Notes under the pieces: model-generated | What the model was told of the DNA's origin: nothing | Database searches by the model: none | Seen by the model: the letters and a program-made list of their open reading frames with translations, nothing else | Assembly (NCBI GenBank): GCA_030390025.1 | Contig: CM059438.1 | Coordinates: 59,026,001 to 59,090,000 of the forward strand | Length of the DNA stretch: 64,000 nt | Reading direction: 5' to 3' | Source of the DNA: Squalus acanthias | Taxonomy: Eukaryota | Position numbers and translations under genes: made by a program | Shown: in pieces, positions 51,032-61,611 of the stretch | Layout of the letters: each line of letters starts with the position of its first letter | How positions within the stretch are numbered: position 1 is the stretch's first letter

Positions 51032-51926
51032 GGGGGTGGGTGAGGAGGGTGTGAGGAGCAGAGTGAGGAGGGGGTTGAAGAGGGGGCAAGGAGTGGGTGA
51101 GGAGGGGGGTAAGGGGGGTAAGGAAGGGTGCGATGACGGGGTGAGGAGGAGGTGCGGAGGGGGGCGAGGAGGGGGGCAAGGAGGGGGTGAGGAGGGGGCG
51201 AGGAGTTGGGTGAGGAGGGGGTGCGGAAGGAGCGAGGAGGGGGTGAGGAGGGGGTCAGGAGTTGGGTGAGGAGGGAGCGAGGAGGGGGTGAGGAGGGGGC
51301 GAGGAGTTGGGTGAGGAGTTGGGTGAGGAGGGAGCGAGGAGGGGGTGAGGAGGGAGTGAGGAAGGGATCGAGGAGGGTGGCGAGGAGGGGGGCGAGGAGG
51401 GGGTGAGGAGGGGGTGAGGAGGGAGCGAGGAAGGGATCGAGGAGGGGAGCGAGGAGGTGGGTGAGGAGGGGGCGAGGAAGGGATCGAGGAGGGCAGCGAG
51501 GAGGGGAGCGAGGAGGTGGGTGAGGAGGGGGCGAGGAGGGTGGTGAGGAGGGAGTCGAAGAGGGGGTGCAGAGGGGGTGAGGAAGGGATCGAGGAGGGAG
51601 TCGAAGAAGGGGTGCAGAGGGGGTAAGGAAGGGATCGAGGAGGGCGGCGAGGAGGCGGGTGAGGAGGGGGCGGGGAGGGGGTCGAGGAGGTGGGTGAGGA
51701 GGAGGCGAGGAGTTGGGCGAGGAGGGGGTGCGGAGGGGGCGGGGAGGGGGTCGAGGAGGTGTGTGAGGAGGGGGCGAGGAGTTGGGCGAGGAGGGGGTAT
51801 GGAGGGGGTCGAGGAGGTGGGTGAGGAGGGGGCGAGGAGTTGGGCGAGGAGGGGGTATGGAGGGGGCGAGGAGAGCAGTGAGGAGGGGAGTGAGGAGGGG
51901 GATGAGGAGCGGTGTGAGGAGGGGGT
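51032..51926. repeat. G/A-rich degenerate repeat (GAGGAGGG-type)
   Basis: About 900 bp of extreme purine and G strand bias. Confidence 0.9.
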
Positions 51927-52889
51927 TTATGACAGCCTCCAGTTCCTATACAGCGGGGACAGTTTAAAATAAGTCAACCCCATCCCTTCCCCCTACAACT
52001 GGTGAGAATCACACATCCACAGCTATTTGCAGTACAGAAGGAGGCCATTCGGTCCATCCTGTCTGTGCCAGTGCTATCTCTTCAACAGAACCAACAACTC
52101 AATCACATTTCACTGCCTTTTCTCCACGTCCTTTTATATTCTTTATTTCACCTACTTCCCTTCTGCCTCAATAACCCCCTGGGGTGAAGCAATCTATGTT
52201 GGAATAATCCTCTGTGTGAGGATCTTCACCCTCCATTGTTCCAGTGATAGTCCTCAGTCGGTGCCCCTTGACAGTGATTCACCAACCAGTGGAAACGAAC
52301 TGACATCATTCATCCCTTCAAAATATTTTATAATTTTGCAAACATCTACTGATCCCTTCTTACCCTTTACCGTGCTGTACCTGCCCTGGGAGTGTTTGAT
52401 GGGTCACAATGCCAAGTGTACGGTGTGTTATTCAAGTCAGCAGTTCCATGCTTTGAGAAGCTGACCTTTAAATCAAGTCCTGAATTGTATAACTTTTCAG
52501 CTCTACCCAGTGTGGGTCTGGCCTGGTCTAGTGATCTAATCGCTCCTTGCTGCAGTCGTCTGTCTCATTCAGGCCACGTTGCCGTTCTGTTTGACAAACA
52601 CCACAGCCCTGTCTAGACGGGATCCTCCAGACGCCTCAGGCCAGACTGACCGATACCAGTTGTCTGCTTCAGTAAAGCTGGGATGTTCTATTCCCTGCTC
52701 TGTCTCAGGGTCATGATGCTCAGAATCCTGTCACTTTATCAGAAGGGATTTTGTGCAATTTAAACCTGCTGGTGGCTCCTCACTCACTCGCTCACCCCTT
52801 CCTCAGGCCTCAGGGTGAACACCTGCATTAATATCAGTTGCCATGGTCCCTTGGAATGATCTCCAGTGTTATTAATTTCTCCGTGACCT

Positions 52890-53236
52890 ATGAACTACAA
52901 AGAATAGGAAGTTATGTTACAGTTATATAAGGCTCCAGACCCCATCTGGACACCGCGTTCAGTTCTGGGCACCACATCTCAGGAAGGATATATTGGCCTT
53001 GGAGGGGGAGCAGCGCAGATTCACCAGAATGATACCGGGGCTAAAAGGGTTAAATTACGAGGACAGGTTGCACAGACTAGGCTTGTATTCCATTGAGTTT
53101 AGAAGATTAAGGGGTGATCTAATTGAGGTGTTTAAGATGATTAAAGAAATTAATAGGGTAGATAGAGAGAAACTATTTGGTGGGGGAATCCTGAACAAGG
53201 GGCATAACCTTAAAATTAGAGCTAGGCCGTTCAGGA
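52890..53236 (+). mobile_element. CR1 fragment
   Basis: QRRFTRMIPGLKGLNYEDRL...GHNLKIRARPFR. Confidence 0.88.
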
Positions 53237-53237
53237 A

Positions 53238-53992
53238 CTACCAGCCTCCTCACCCTCGCCTCCAGCCTGTGTATCCCTCCTCGGGACTACATGCCTCCTC
53301 ACCCTCGCCTCCAGCCTGTGTATCCCTCCTCGGGACTACATGCCTCCTCACCCTCGCCTCCAGCCAGTGTATCCCTCCACGGGACTACCTGCCTCCTCAC
53401 CCTCATCTTCAGCCTGTGTATCCCTCCACGGGACTAACTGCCTCTTCACCCTCATCTCCAGTCTGTGTACCCCTCCACGGGACTACCTGCCTCCTCACCC
53501 TCGCCTCCAGCCTGTGTATCCCTCCACGGGACTATCTGCCTCCTCACCCTCGCCTCCAGCCTGTGTACCCCTACACGGGACTACCTGCCTCCTCACCCTC
53601 ATCTCCAGCCTGTGTACCCCTCCACGGGACTACCTGCCTCCTCACCCTCGTCTCCAGCCTGTGTACCCCTCCACGGGACTACATGCCTCCTCACCCTCGC
53701 CTCCAGCCTGTGTATCCCTCCTTGGGACTACCTGCCTCCTCACCCTCATCTCCAGCCTGTGTACCCCTCCACGGGACTACCTGCCTCCTCACCCTCGCCT
53801 CCAGCCAGTGTACCCCTCCTTGGGACTACCTGCCTCCTCACCCTCATCTCCAGCCAGTGTACCCCTCCACGGGACTACCTGCCTCCTCACCCTCATCTCC
53901 AGCCAGCGTACCCCTCCTTGGGACTACCTGCCTCCTCACCCTCATCTCCAGCCAGTGTACCCCTCCACAGGGCTACCTGCCTCCTCACCCTC
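53238..53992. repeat. 49-bp minisatellite, about 15 copies
   Basis: CTACCTGCCTCCTCACCCTCGCCTCCAGCCTGTGTACCCCTCCACGGGA. Confidence 0.95.
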
Positions 53993-54725
53993 AAGAGACG
54001 GCAGCCTTACTCAGCTTTGCACCTCAAAGTAGGCAGGATAGCGACAGAAAGAGTGGGAATATCGGGCAGGAAGGACACCCACCGCCTCCCGCCCCGACCC
54101 ACCTTTTCACACACCTCCCCAGCCTGGAGGGCTACTGGCCACCTCTCCCCGGCCACGCCACATGTAAACGGCGGATTGGGGGGTGGGGAGGGCGGGGGCG
54201 ACCTATTTCCTGGCCTGCTGCCGCTGATCCAAGGACCACCAGGAGAAGGGTTTGTCCCTGGGGCAGTGGCAGGTTGAAGCCCCTCACTACAGCCGCCACT
54301 GTCCCCGTGAGACAGGCCAGCTTCCAGCTCACTGGGAGGCTGCTCCCATGCAGGTGGTGCCTCACCTGGTTGACTTTCTCCCAACACCCTCGGGGTGCCT
54401 GCTGTGACTCCTGGCAAGTGACCGGAATAGGCCAGACCTGGAGTGGATCCTCCTGGGCACCACTGCCCCCTGCGGCCTTCGATTCCCGATTGGCATTGCT
54501 CGGTTCCGCGGAGAAAGCTCGAGCCAGAGGATGGTCACCTTCTACACCCAGAGGACAGCTCTTGGGCACGATGCCAGCCCCCTGAGACAGAGGGGGAGCC
54601 CCAGGCTAGAGTGGCTGACAGTGTCTGTACTGCAAGGAATCAGACCAAGGCTTCAGTGACAGCAGTGAGCACGAATCCGGACACTAGGTCCAGGTGGCAG
54701 CTGTGGCTCAGTGGAAGCACTCTCG

Positions 54726-55550
54726 CAGTACAGAGGGAGCGCCGCACTGTCGGAGGTTCAGTACAGAGGGAGCACCGCACTGTCGGAGGTTCAGTACTGA
54801 GAGAGCGCTGCACTGTCGGAGGTTCAGTACAGAGGGAGCACTGCACTGTCGGAGGTTCAGTACTGAGAGAGCGCTGCACTGTCGGAGGTTCAGTACTGAG
54901 AGAGCGCTGCACTGTCGGAGGGGCAGTACTGAGGGAGTGCTGCACTGTCGGAGGGGCAGTACTGAGGGAGCACCGCACTGTCGGAGGTTCAGTACTGAGA
55001 GAGCGCTGCACTGTCGGAGGTTCAGTACTGAGAGAGCGCTGCACTGTCGGAGGTTCAGTACTAAGAGAGCGCTGCACTGTCGGAGGGGCAGTACTGAGGG
55101 AGTGCTGCACTGTCGGAGGGGCAGTACTGAGGGAGCGCTGCACTGTCGGAGGTTCAGTACAGAGGGAGCGCCGCACTGTCGGAGGGGCAGTACTGAGGGA
55201 GTGCTGCACTGTCGGAGGGACAGTACTGAGGGAGTGCCGCACTGTCGGAGGGGCAGTACTGAGGGAGCGCTGCACTGTCGGAGGGGCAGTACTGAGGGAG
55301 TGCTGCACTGTCGGAGGGGCAGTACTGAGGGAGCGCTGCACTGTCAGAGGGGCAGTACTGAGGGAGCGCCGCACTGTCGGAGGGGCAGTACCGAGGGAGC
55401 GCTGCACTGTCGGAGAGGCAGTACTGAGGGAGTGCTGCACTGTCGGAGGTTCAGTACTGAGGGAGTGCTGCACTGTCGGAGGTTCAGTACTGAGGGAGTG
55501 CTGCACTGTCGGAGGTTCAGTACTGAGGGAGCGCTGCACTGTTGGAGGTG
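54726..55550 (+). repeat. 33-bp minisatellite derived from a SINE segment, about 25 copies
   Basis: CAGTACTGAGGGAGYGCTGCACTGTCGGAGG(GG/TT); compare 641-673. Confidence 0.95.
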
Positions 55551-56184
55551 CCTTACTTCAGATGAGACGTTAAACCGAGGCCCCGTTTTCTCTCTCAAGT
55601 GGATGTAAAAGATCCCACGGCACTATTTTGAAGAAGAGCAGGGGAGTTCTCCCTGGTGTCCTGGCCAATATTTATCCCTCAATCAACATCACTAAAAACA
55701 GATTATCTGGTCAATTTCAAATTGCTGTTTGTGGGAGCTTGCTGTGTGCAAATTGGCTGCTGCGTTTCCCACATTACAACAGTGACTACACTTCAAAAAT
55801 TACTTCATTGCCTGTAAAGCGCTTTGGGGTAGAAATTAGGTCGCGCCCCATTTGGGGCGCAAATATCGTCTGGACGCAAATATTAGCGCCTGGCGCTAAT
55901 TATCGGCACTGACAGGAAACTTCACTTTTACCGCCCCGGGAGGTGAGTGGAGCGCTAAAGCAGGCGCTGCACACCTGTCTTAAGGCGCAAAGGCCAAGGA
56001 GTGAGGCGCTAACTCAGCGCGCGAGCGCAGCGCAGCTGCTGCCAGTTAGCGAGGGAACACAGACACACTGGCGCCGGACACTTCTTAAAGCGGGGGGGGG
56101 CCACTTGCTCCCCAGCCACACCCTGCTCATTGCAGCCTTGAATCTCAGCCTGGAGAGACCTGTGAATCCATTTTGCTGCCAAGT

Positions 56185-58007
56185 ATGGAGAGGGTGAGAG
56201 AACGCGCTCATCGCTTCACCGAGCGGGCCTTGGATGCTCTGGTTGGCGCAGTGGAGCGCAGACGATGTATGCTGTTCCCTGAGAGTGGCAGGAGGCCTTT
56301 GCCACGCGAGTTCAGAAGAGTGTGGAGGGAGGTGGCTCAGAGCGTCTCCTCCAGGAGCATGGTGCCCAGGACCCATACTCAATGCTGCAAAAACTTCAAC
56401 GACCTCACTCGGGTCGTCAGGGTGAGTGGCTTTTTCTCAATACCTCTCCATCCCTCCATCTCAACCTCACTCTATGGCCAGAGGGTCTTAAAACCCCAAT
56501 GCACAACACTCATCCAACACCTATGGCCCTTTCATGAAACACACACACACATTCCACACTTTGCATACAGTAAGGGCTATTCACCTATGGGAGGCACATC
56601 AGGCAAGACCATGGCTGTATATTGTAAGGGCTATTCACCTATGGGAGGCACATCAGGCAAGACCATGGCTGTATATTTACTCAGATGCTGTCCTTTTTCT
56701 TGCAGGCTAAGCTGGCTCATAATAGGAGACAGCAGCAACGGACAGGTGGAGGGCGGCCTCAGCTGCAACCCCTCAGCGATCTTGAGGAGCGCGTCCACAG
56801 GATTGTGGCAAGCCGGGTGATCGGTCCCGTCGCCACTGGAGACGCCGACCCCGTTCTGGACAGCAATGGTAAGGTCATCACCTTTTTGTCCTCTGTCCTT
56901 CCACTTGTCCCTCACAACACCAGCCTTTGACACTTTCAATCCAACTTGCTAACTCGCTGCACTTATTCCTCCCTTACTGCCACCCTGTCCTCACGCTAAA
57001 GCCACTCTTGTACCTCCCTGCTTTCAGATGGTGATTCACCAGCTGAGGAGACGGGCCCTGAAGCTGCCACTGGGAGTGATGCTGCAGCTGAGGAGGAAGA
57101 GGAAGCCGGAGCATCAGTGCCACCCTCTCCCGAGGAAGCCCATGCCCACACTGGGAACACGCCTTCCCCGGAGGGGAGCAGGGGGGAAGGGGCTGATGAG
57201 GGTGAAGCTCCAGGACCCAGCGGGCTGCAGCAACGCCATGGGGGGGCTAGGGAAGAACGGGGGCCTTCTCCCCAGAGGGAGAGTATGCCAGACACTCCTA
57301 CTGCAATGGACGCAGAGGAGGAGTGGCTGATTGCAGAAATGAACACCCAGGCGGTGGGCATGCACACTGAGCTCATGGGTGCAGTGGGAAGGGTGCCCGA
57401 ATGCATTGAGTCACTGGCAAGGAGTGTGGAGCACTTCGCTGTAGCACAGGCGGATGCCACACTAACGCTTAGTGCTGCAATTCAGTCACTGGCTGCCGTG
57501 ATCCCACCTCTGACTGCTCTCATACAGACTCAGATGGAGGCCACGCGAGCACAGACTGCTGCCAACCTCGATGGTTCGTGCACATGTCCCCGGGGCTGTC
57601 ACCGCGCCGCAGCAGGCCAGCAATCTGTTCTCCGGCAGATTGCTCCGGATGCTGAAGTGCTGCCCCGTGGGAGTGCCAGTGTGTCGGGCGAGCAGGGAGT
57701 TGCTGTCCTCTCTCACGATGACAGCATTCCTGCTGCCAACACTGTCACTTCTCCACTGCACTTGCCACCGCCTGTAGGACAGACTGCTGCCGCCCATGCA
57801 GAGTTGGTGCAGTCTGCAGCCGGGCCCTCCAGGCCCAGAACTGGTCGAGGCCGTCCTTCAGGGGCATCTGCAGTGTCAGGGTCTGACGAGCAGCAGCCTT
57901 CCACCAGCCTTGCTGCAGCCACTGAGGTCCCATTACGGAGGAGCAGTAGGGTTAGAAGGGGGGAAGTGCGCAAGGGAAGGAGATCACCCTCGAAGGGCAA
58001 AAAGTAG
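56185..58007 (+). CDS. Harbinger Myb/SANT-like (trihelix) DNA-binding protein; exons 56185-56421, 56706-56868, 57028-58007; 459 aa
   Basis: Canonical splice sites (AGG|GTGAGT, TTGCAG|, ATG|GTAAGG, TTTCAG|); 237+163+980=1380 nt in frame with no internal stop; RFTERALDALV...WREVA...QCCKNFNDL. Confidence 0.85.
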
Positions 58008-58301
58008 GAGGTGTGACAAAATGCTGGTCATTTTTTTATTAAAGGCCGAGGTTCATGGTCCAACTTTTGTTTAGTGTTTTGGACATTATCTCCAGGTTGT
58101 GAGAACCAGTTATGTTATTGACTGTTTTTTTGTGTTTATTTCTATGAGTTTGTCATGAGGAATTGACACACACAGAGTTTGTACAATAAATAAGTTTCTG
58201 TATTCAAAATATACATGGCTGGTGGTTGGAATTATTGGTGCCTTGGCCGGCTTAGGGGTTGCGTGCTGGGTTGATTAATGTTGGTAGCAATGGCAGGGGC
58301 C

Positions 58302-59462
58302 CTAGAAGCGGCTTGCTATTAGCCGTTGACGGACGGCCCTTGCAGTTTGACCATTGTGGGCCGCCCTCCCGCCTTGGTGCTGCTGATGATCATCGTCCTT
58401 GTCCTCTTCCTCCTCTTCCTCCTCCTCCTCTGGTGGTGCTACAAGGCCTGGTGGCATTGGCTGGGTCCTGAGGATTGCCATGTTGTGCAACATGCAGCAC
58501 ACGACTACGAAGTTCGATACTTGCTCAGGCGAGTACTGCAGGGCTCCTCCGGAATGGTCCAGACAGCGGAACCGTTGTTTCAGCACGCCGATTGTGCGCT
58601 CAATAATGTTCCTGGTTGCTTGATGGCTTTCATTGTACCGCAGCTCAGCAGGGGTGTTTGGCGTATGGAGCGGTGTCATCAGCCAGGTGCTCAATGCGTA
58701 CCCCTTGTCCCCGAGAAGCCAACCAACTGGCTGATGCGGTGCCTCGAAAACTTCTGCCACAGTAGTCTGGCGCAGGATAAAAGCATCGTGGCAGCTGCCA
58801 GGATAGTGGGCATTGACAGCGAGTATCACCTGTCTGTGGTCACAGACCAACTGGACATTCAAGGAATGGAACCCCTTTCTGTTCCTGAATTCCTCTGCAT
58901 TCTCACGCGGAGCACGCAAAGCCACATGCGTGCAGTCAATGGCGCCCTGCACCATGGGGAAGCCCGCTACCCTCGCAAAGCCCAGAGCACGGTCACGCTG
59001 CTTGTCTGGGGTCATAGGGAAAGAGATGAACTCTCGTCTCCTTCTGAAGAGGGCATTGGTGACCTGCCGGATGCAGCGATGCACCGCGAACTGGGAGATA
59101 TTGGCGAGGTCCCCAACAGCAGCTTGGAATGAGCCAGTGGCGTAGAAGTTCAAAGCCACTGTGACCTTCACTGCCACCGACAGAGACGTCCTGGACCTCA
59201 GCTGAGGCTGCAGATCTGGCTGCAGCAGGTGGCAGAGCTCAGTGACCACCTCCTTGCTGAATCGCAGCCTTCGCAAACACAGCTCCTCGGACATATGGAT
59301 GTAGGAGAGCTGTTCACGATATACCCTGGGAGGGTAAGCTCTCCTGTACATGCGCCTGGTGGCCCTCCTCCGTCTGGCCATCATTGCCACTCTCTGTCTG
59401 CGTCTCTGTATCCTCCGATTCAGCTGGAGCAGGACGACGCCCCCAATCAGTGCAGCCCCCAT
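58302..59462 (-). CDS. Harbinger (HARBI1-like) DDE transposase, 386 aa
   Basis: ATG start, uninterrupted; GAIDCTH, GSCHDAF, LLGDKGY, RNIIERTIGVLKQRFRCL, CCMLHN. Confidence 0.93.
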   Translation of the reverse strand: MGAALIGGVVLLQLNRRIQRRRQRVAMMARRRRATRRMYRRAYPPRVYREQLSYIHMSEELCLRRLRFSKEVVTELCHLLQPDLQPQLRSRTSLSVAVKVTVALNFYATGSFQAAVGDLANISQFAVHRCIRQVTNALFRRRREFISFPMTPDKQRDRALGFARVAGFPMVQGAIDCTHVALRAPRENAEEFRNRKGFHSLNVQLVCDHRQVILAVNAHYPGSCHDAFILRQTTVAEVFEAPHQPVGWLLGDKGYALSTWLMTPLHTPNTPAELRYNESHQATRNIIERTIGVLKQRFRCLDHSGGALQYSPEQVSNFVVVCCMLHNMAILRTQPMPPGLVAPPEEEEEEEEEDKDDDHQQHQGGRAAHNGQTARAVRQRLIASRF

Positions 59463-59651
59463 ATTCTCTTTGCCAGAAAAGTAATGAGGGACAGCAACTA
59501 AAGTAGCAACAAAGGATGAATAGGCAAAACTACCTCACAAAGCGTTGAGTCAATGTAGAAGTCTCTCTCTCTCTCTCTCCGAATCTCTCTCTCTCTCTCA
59601 GAACAAGTGGTGCATAAATGTCGACCACAGAAAAAGACAGGAAGAGGCCCC

Positions 59652-59797
59652 CTTTAAATAGCACCCCCCCCAGCCCCACACCGATTGATAGCGTTCCAGT
59701 CTTCCGGTCGTTGGAAGCGCCAGGCGGTAAGGCAGGGGGCGCCACTCAATTTCCGCTCTGGGGCGCCCCAAGGGCGTTGCACCATGGAATGACGTCA
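59652..59797 (-). promoter_or_regulatory. Putative transposase promoter (CRE + TATA-like)
   Basis: TGACGTCA at 59790-59797 and TATTTAAA near 59660-59653; equivalent motifs in B1 and B2. Confidence 0.55.
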
Positions 59798-60020
59798 TAA
59801 TCTGCGCAAGCAGGTGGTCGCAGCGGTAAGTTTTAGCGCCGCCGCACAATCTCAAGTTAAGTTCTCGAGCGGCGCAAACATCGCTGCGCCCGGGCGTTAG
59901 CGGCTTTGCACCCCATTAGCGCCCTCTTAAGGCGCTAACGGGAGGCGCAACCAAGTGAATTTTTACCCCTTTGGGACATCCTGAGGTCATGAAAGATGCT
60001 GTATAAAGGTACGTTACCAT

Positions 60021-60405
60021 CTCCTGGATTAGCTATGGATCCATGGACACCAGGACTCCTCAACCCACTGACCATTTTCTCCAGGGAGCCTGGAAAGAGG
60101 TGCAGACGACTACTCGACCACAGGAGGCGGCACCCAATCCTATCCTCACCCAATAACCATACAGGTATCTTCCAGTGGGACTTGGCAGATAATGATCAGG
60201 AGCAAGACCCCTGGCTTTAGGCCTCAGCTAACCCAGGTGGGATCAGTGCAGGCCCGGGCTGGAATCTGGGAGTTTCTGGTCTGCGTGACTTTAGTTCATG
60301 CTCTGCTCACACAACGAAGCCCCGGGGTGAGTGGAAAGTACAGTGGCTAAAACCACACTGGTGTTAGTCGAACATTGCCAAATCCTGCAGTCTTTAATTA
60401 ACTTG
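60021..60405. repeat. Inverted duplication, arm 1 (arm 2 at 63346-63730)
   Basis: About 385 bp, near-identical reverse complement. Confidence 0.95.
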
Positions 60406-60511
60406 ATTTTGTTGATGATAAGATACAAGTTGAGATACCCTGTGGGCGAACTGGAAATGAGACTGAGGCTGACGTGTCCGCAGAGAAATCGTGGTGGATT
60501 CAGTGACACAG

Positions 60512-60970
60512 TGTCAGCCATGGCTCAGTGGGTAGCACACTCGCCTCTGAGTCAGAAGGTCGTGGGTTCAAGTCCCACTCCAGAGACTTGAGCACATAAA
60601 TCCAGGCTGACACTCCAGTGCAGTGCTGAGGGAGCGCCGCACTGTCGGAGGTGCTGTCTTTCGGATGAAACGTTAAACCGAGGCCCTGTCTGCCCTCTCA
60701 GGTGGACGTAAAAAAAATCCCATGGCCACTATTTCGAAGAAGAGCAGGAGAGTTATCCCCGGTGTCCCTGACCAATATTTCTCCCTCAACCCAACAGAAC
60801 CAAAACAGATTATCTGGTCATTATCACATTGCTGTGGTGGGAGCTTGCTGTGCGTAAATTGCCTGCCATGTTTCCCACATTACAACAGTGACTCCACTTC
60901 ATTGGCTGTAAAGCGCTTTGAGACGTCCGGTGGCCGTGAAAGGCGCTATAGAAATGAAAGTCCTTCTTTT
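60512..60970 (+). mobile_element. Full-length SacSINE1-like DeuSINE
   Basis: A box TGGCTCAGTGG, B box GGTTCAAGTCC, Deu domain, L2-like tail. Confidence 0.9.
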
Positions 60971-61079
60971 GGATTCGGCAGGTGGTTGAGCATAGAATGT
61001 TGCACCTTGCAGAAGGGGTGAGACGGGCCTCGGATAAAAATTCCCCTGTTATAACTTGAATTCTTCCCAGCTCAAAGTG

Positions 61080-61532
61080 AAAGAAAGAAAGACTTGCATT
61101 TCTATAGCGCCTTTCACAACCTCAGGACGCCCCAAAGCGTTTTACAGCCAATGAAGTGGAGTCACTGTTGCAATGTGGGAAACGCGGCAGCCAATTTGTG
61201 CACAGCAAAATCCTGCAAACAGCAATGTGAGAATGACCAGATAATCTGTTTTTGTTGTTGGTTGAGGATAAATATTGGCCAGGACACTGGGGAGAACTCC
61301 CCTGCTCTTCTTCGAAATAGTGCCCTGGGATCTTTTATGTCCACCTGAGAGAGCAGACGGGGCCTCGGTTTAATGTCTTACTCGAAAGACGGCACCTCCG
61401 ACAGTGCAGCACTTCCTCAGTACCACACTGGAGTGTCAGCCTAGATTATGTGCTCCAGTCTCTGGCGTGGGACTTGAACCCACAACCTTCTGACTCAGAG
61501 GCGAGTGTGCTACCCACTGAGCCACAGCTGAT
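61080..61532 (-). mobile_element. Full-length SacSINE1-like DeuSINE
   Basis: Reverse complement of the 60512-60970 family sequence. Confidence 0.9.
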
Positions 61533-61611
61533 ACCATATAGGTGAAAGAATTGGGGCTCATGGTGATCTCACTTTTAAGTGAACGATCGAGGCCTCAACA
61601 AGTAGCGAAGC

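Larger units (their letters stand above)
55826..59969 (-). mobile_element. PIF/Harbinger family B, copy B3, apparently intact autonomous element
   Basis: TIRs GGGGTAGAAATT / AATTTTTACCCC (11/12); TSD TTT; two open convergent genes. Confidence 0.93.
55551..60010 (+). mobile_element. SacSINE1-like body split by Harbinger B3 (55551-55825 and 59970-60010)
   Basis: GTAAAGCGCTTT|...|TTTGGGACATCCTGAGG rejoins. Confidence 0.88.

Noticed and set aside
52993..54585. 530-aa ORF
   Set aside because: Chance fusion of a CR1 fragment with a stop-poor 49-bp minisatellite whose unit is not a multiple of 3; non-ATG start
54443..55608. 299-376-aa ORFs on both strands
   Set aside because: Translations of the SINE-derived 33-bp repeat
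58302..59462. Host gene HARBI1
   Set aside because: Lies between TIRs with a TSD and has several paralogous copies in the window; it is a transposon gene, not the domesticated orthologue
60512..60580. tRNA gene
   Set aside because: A and B boxes continue into the SINE body; it is a SINE head
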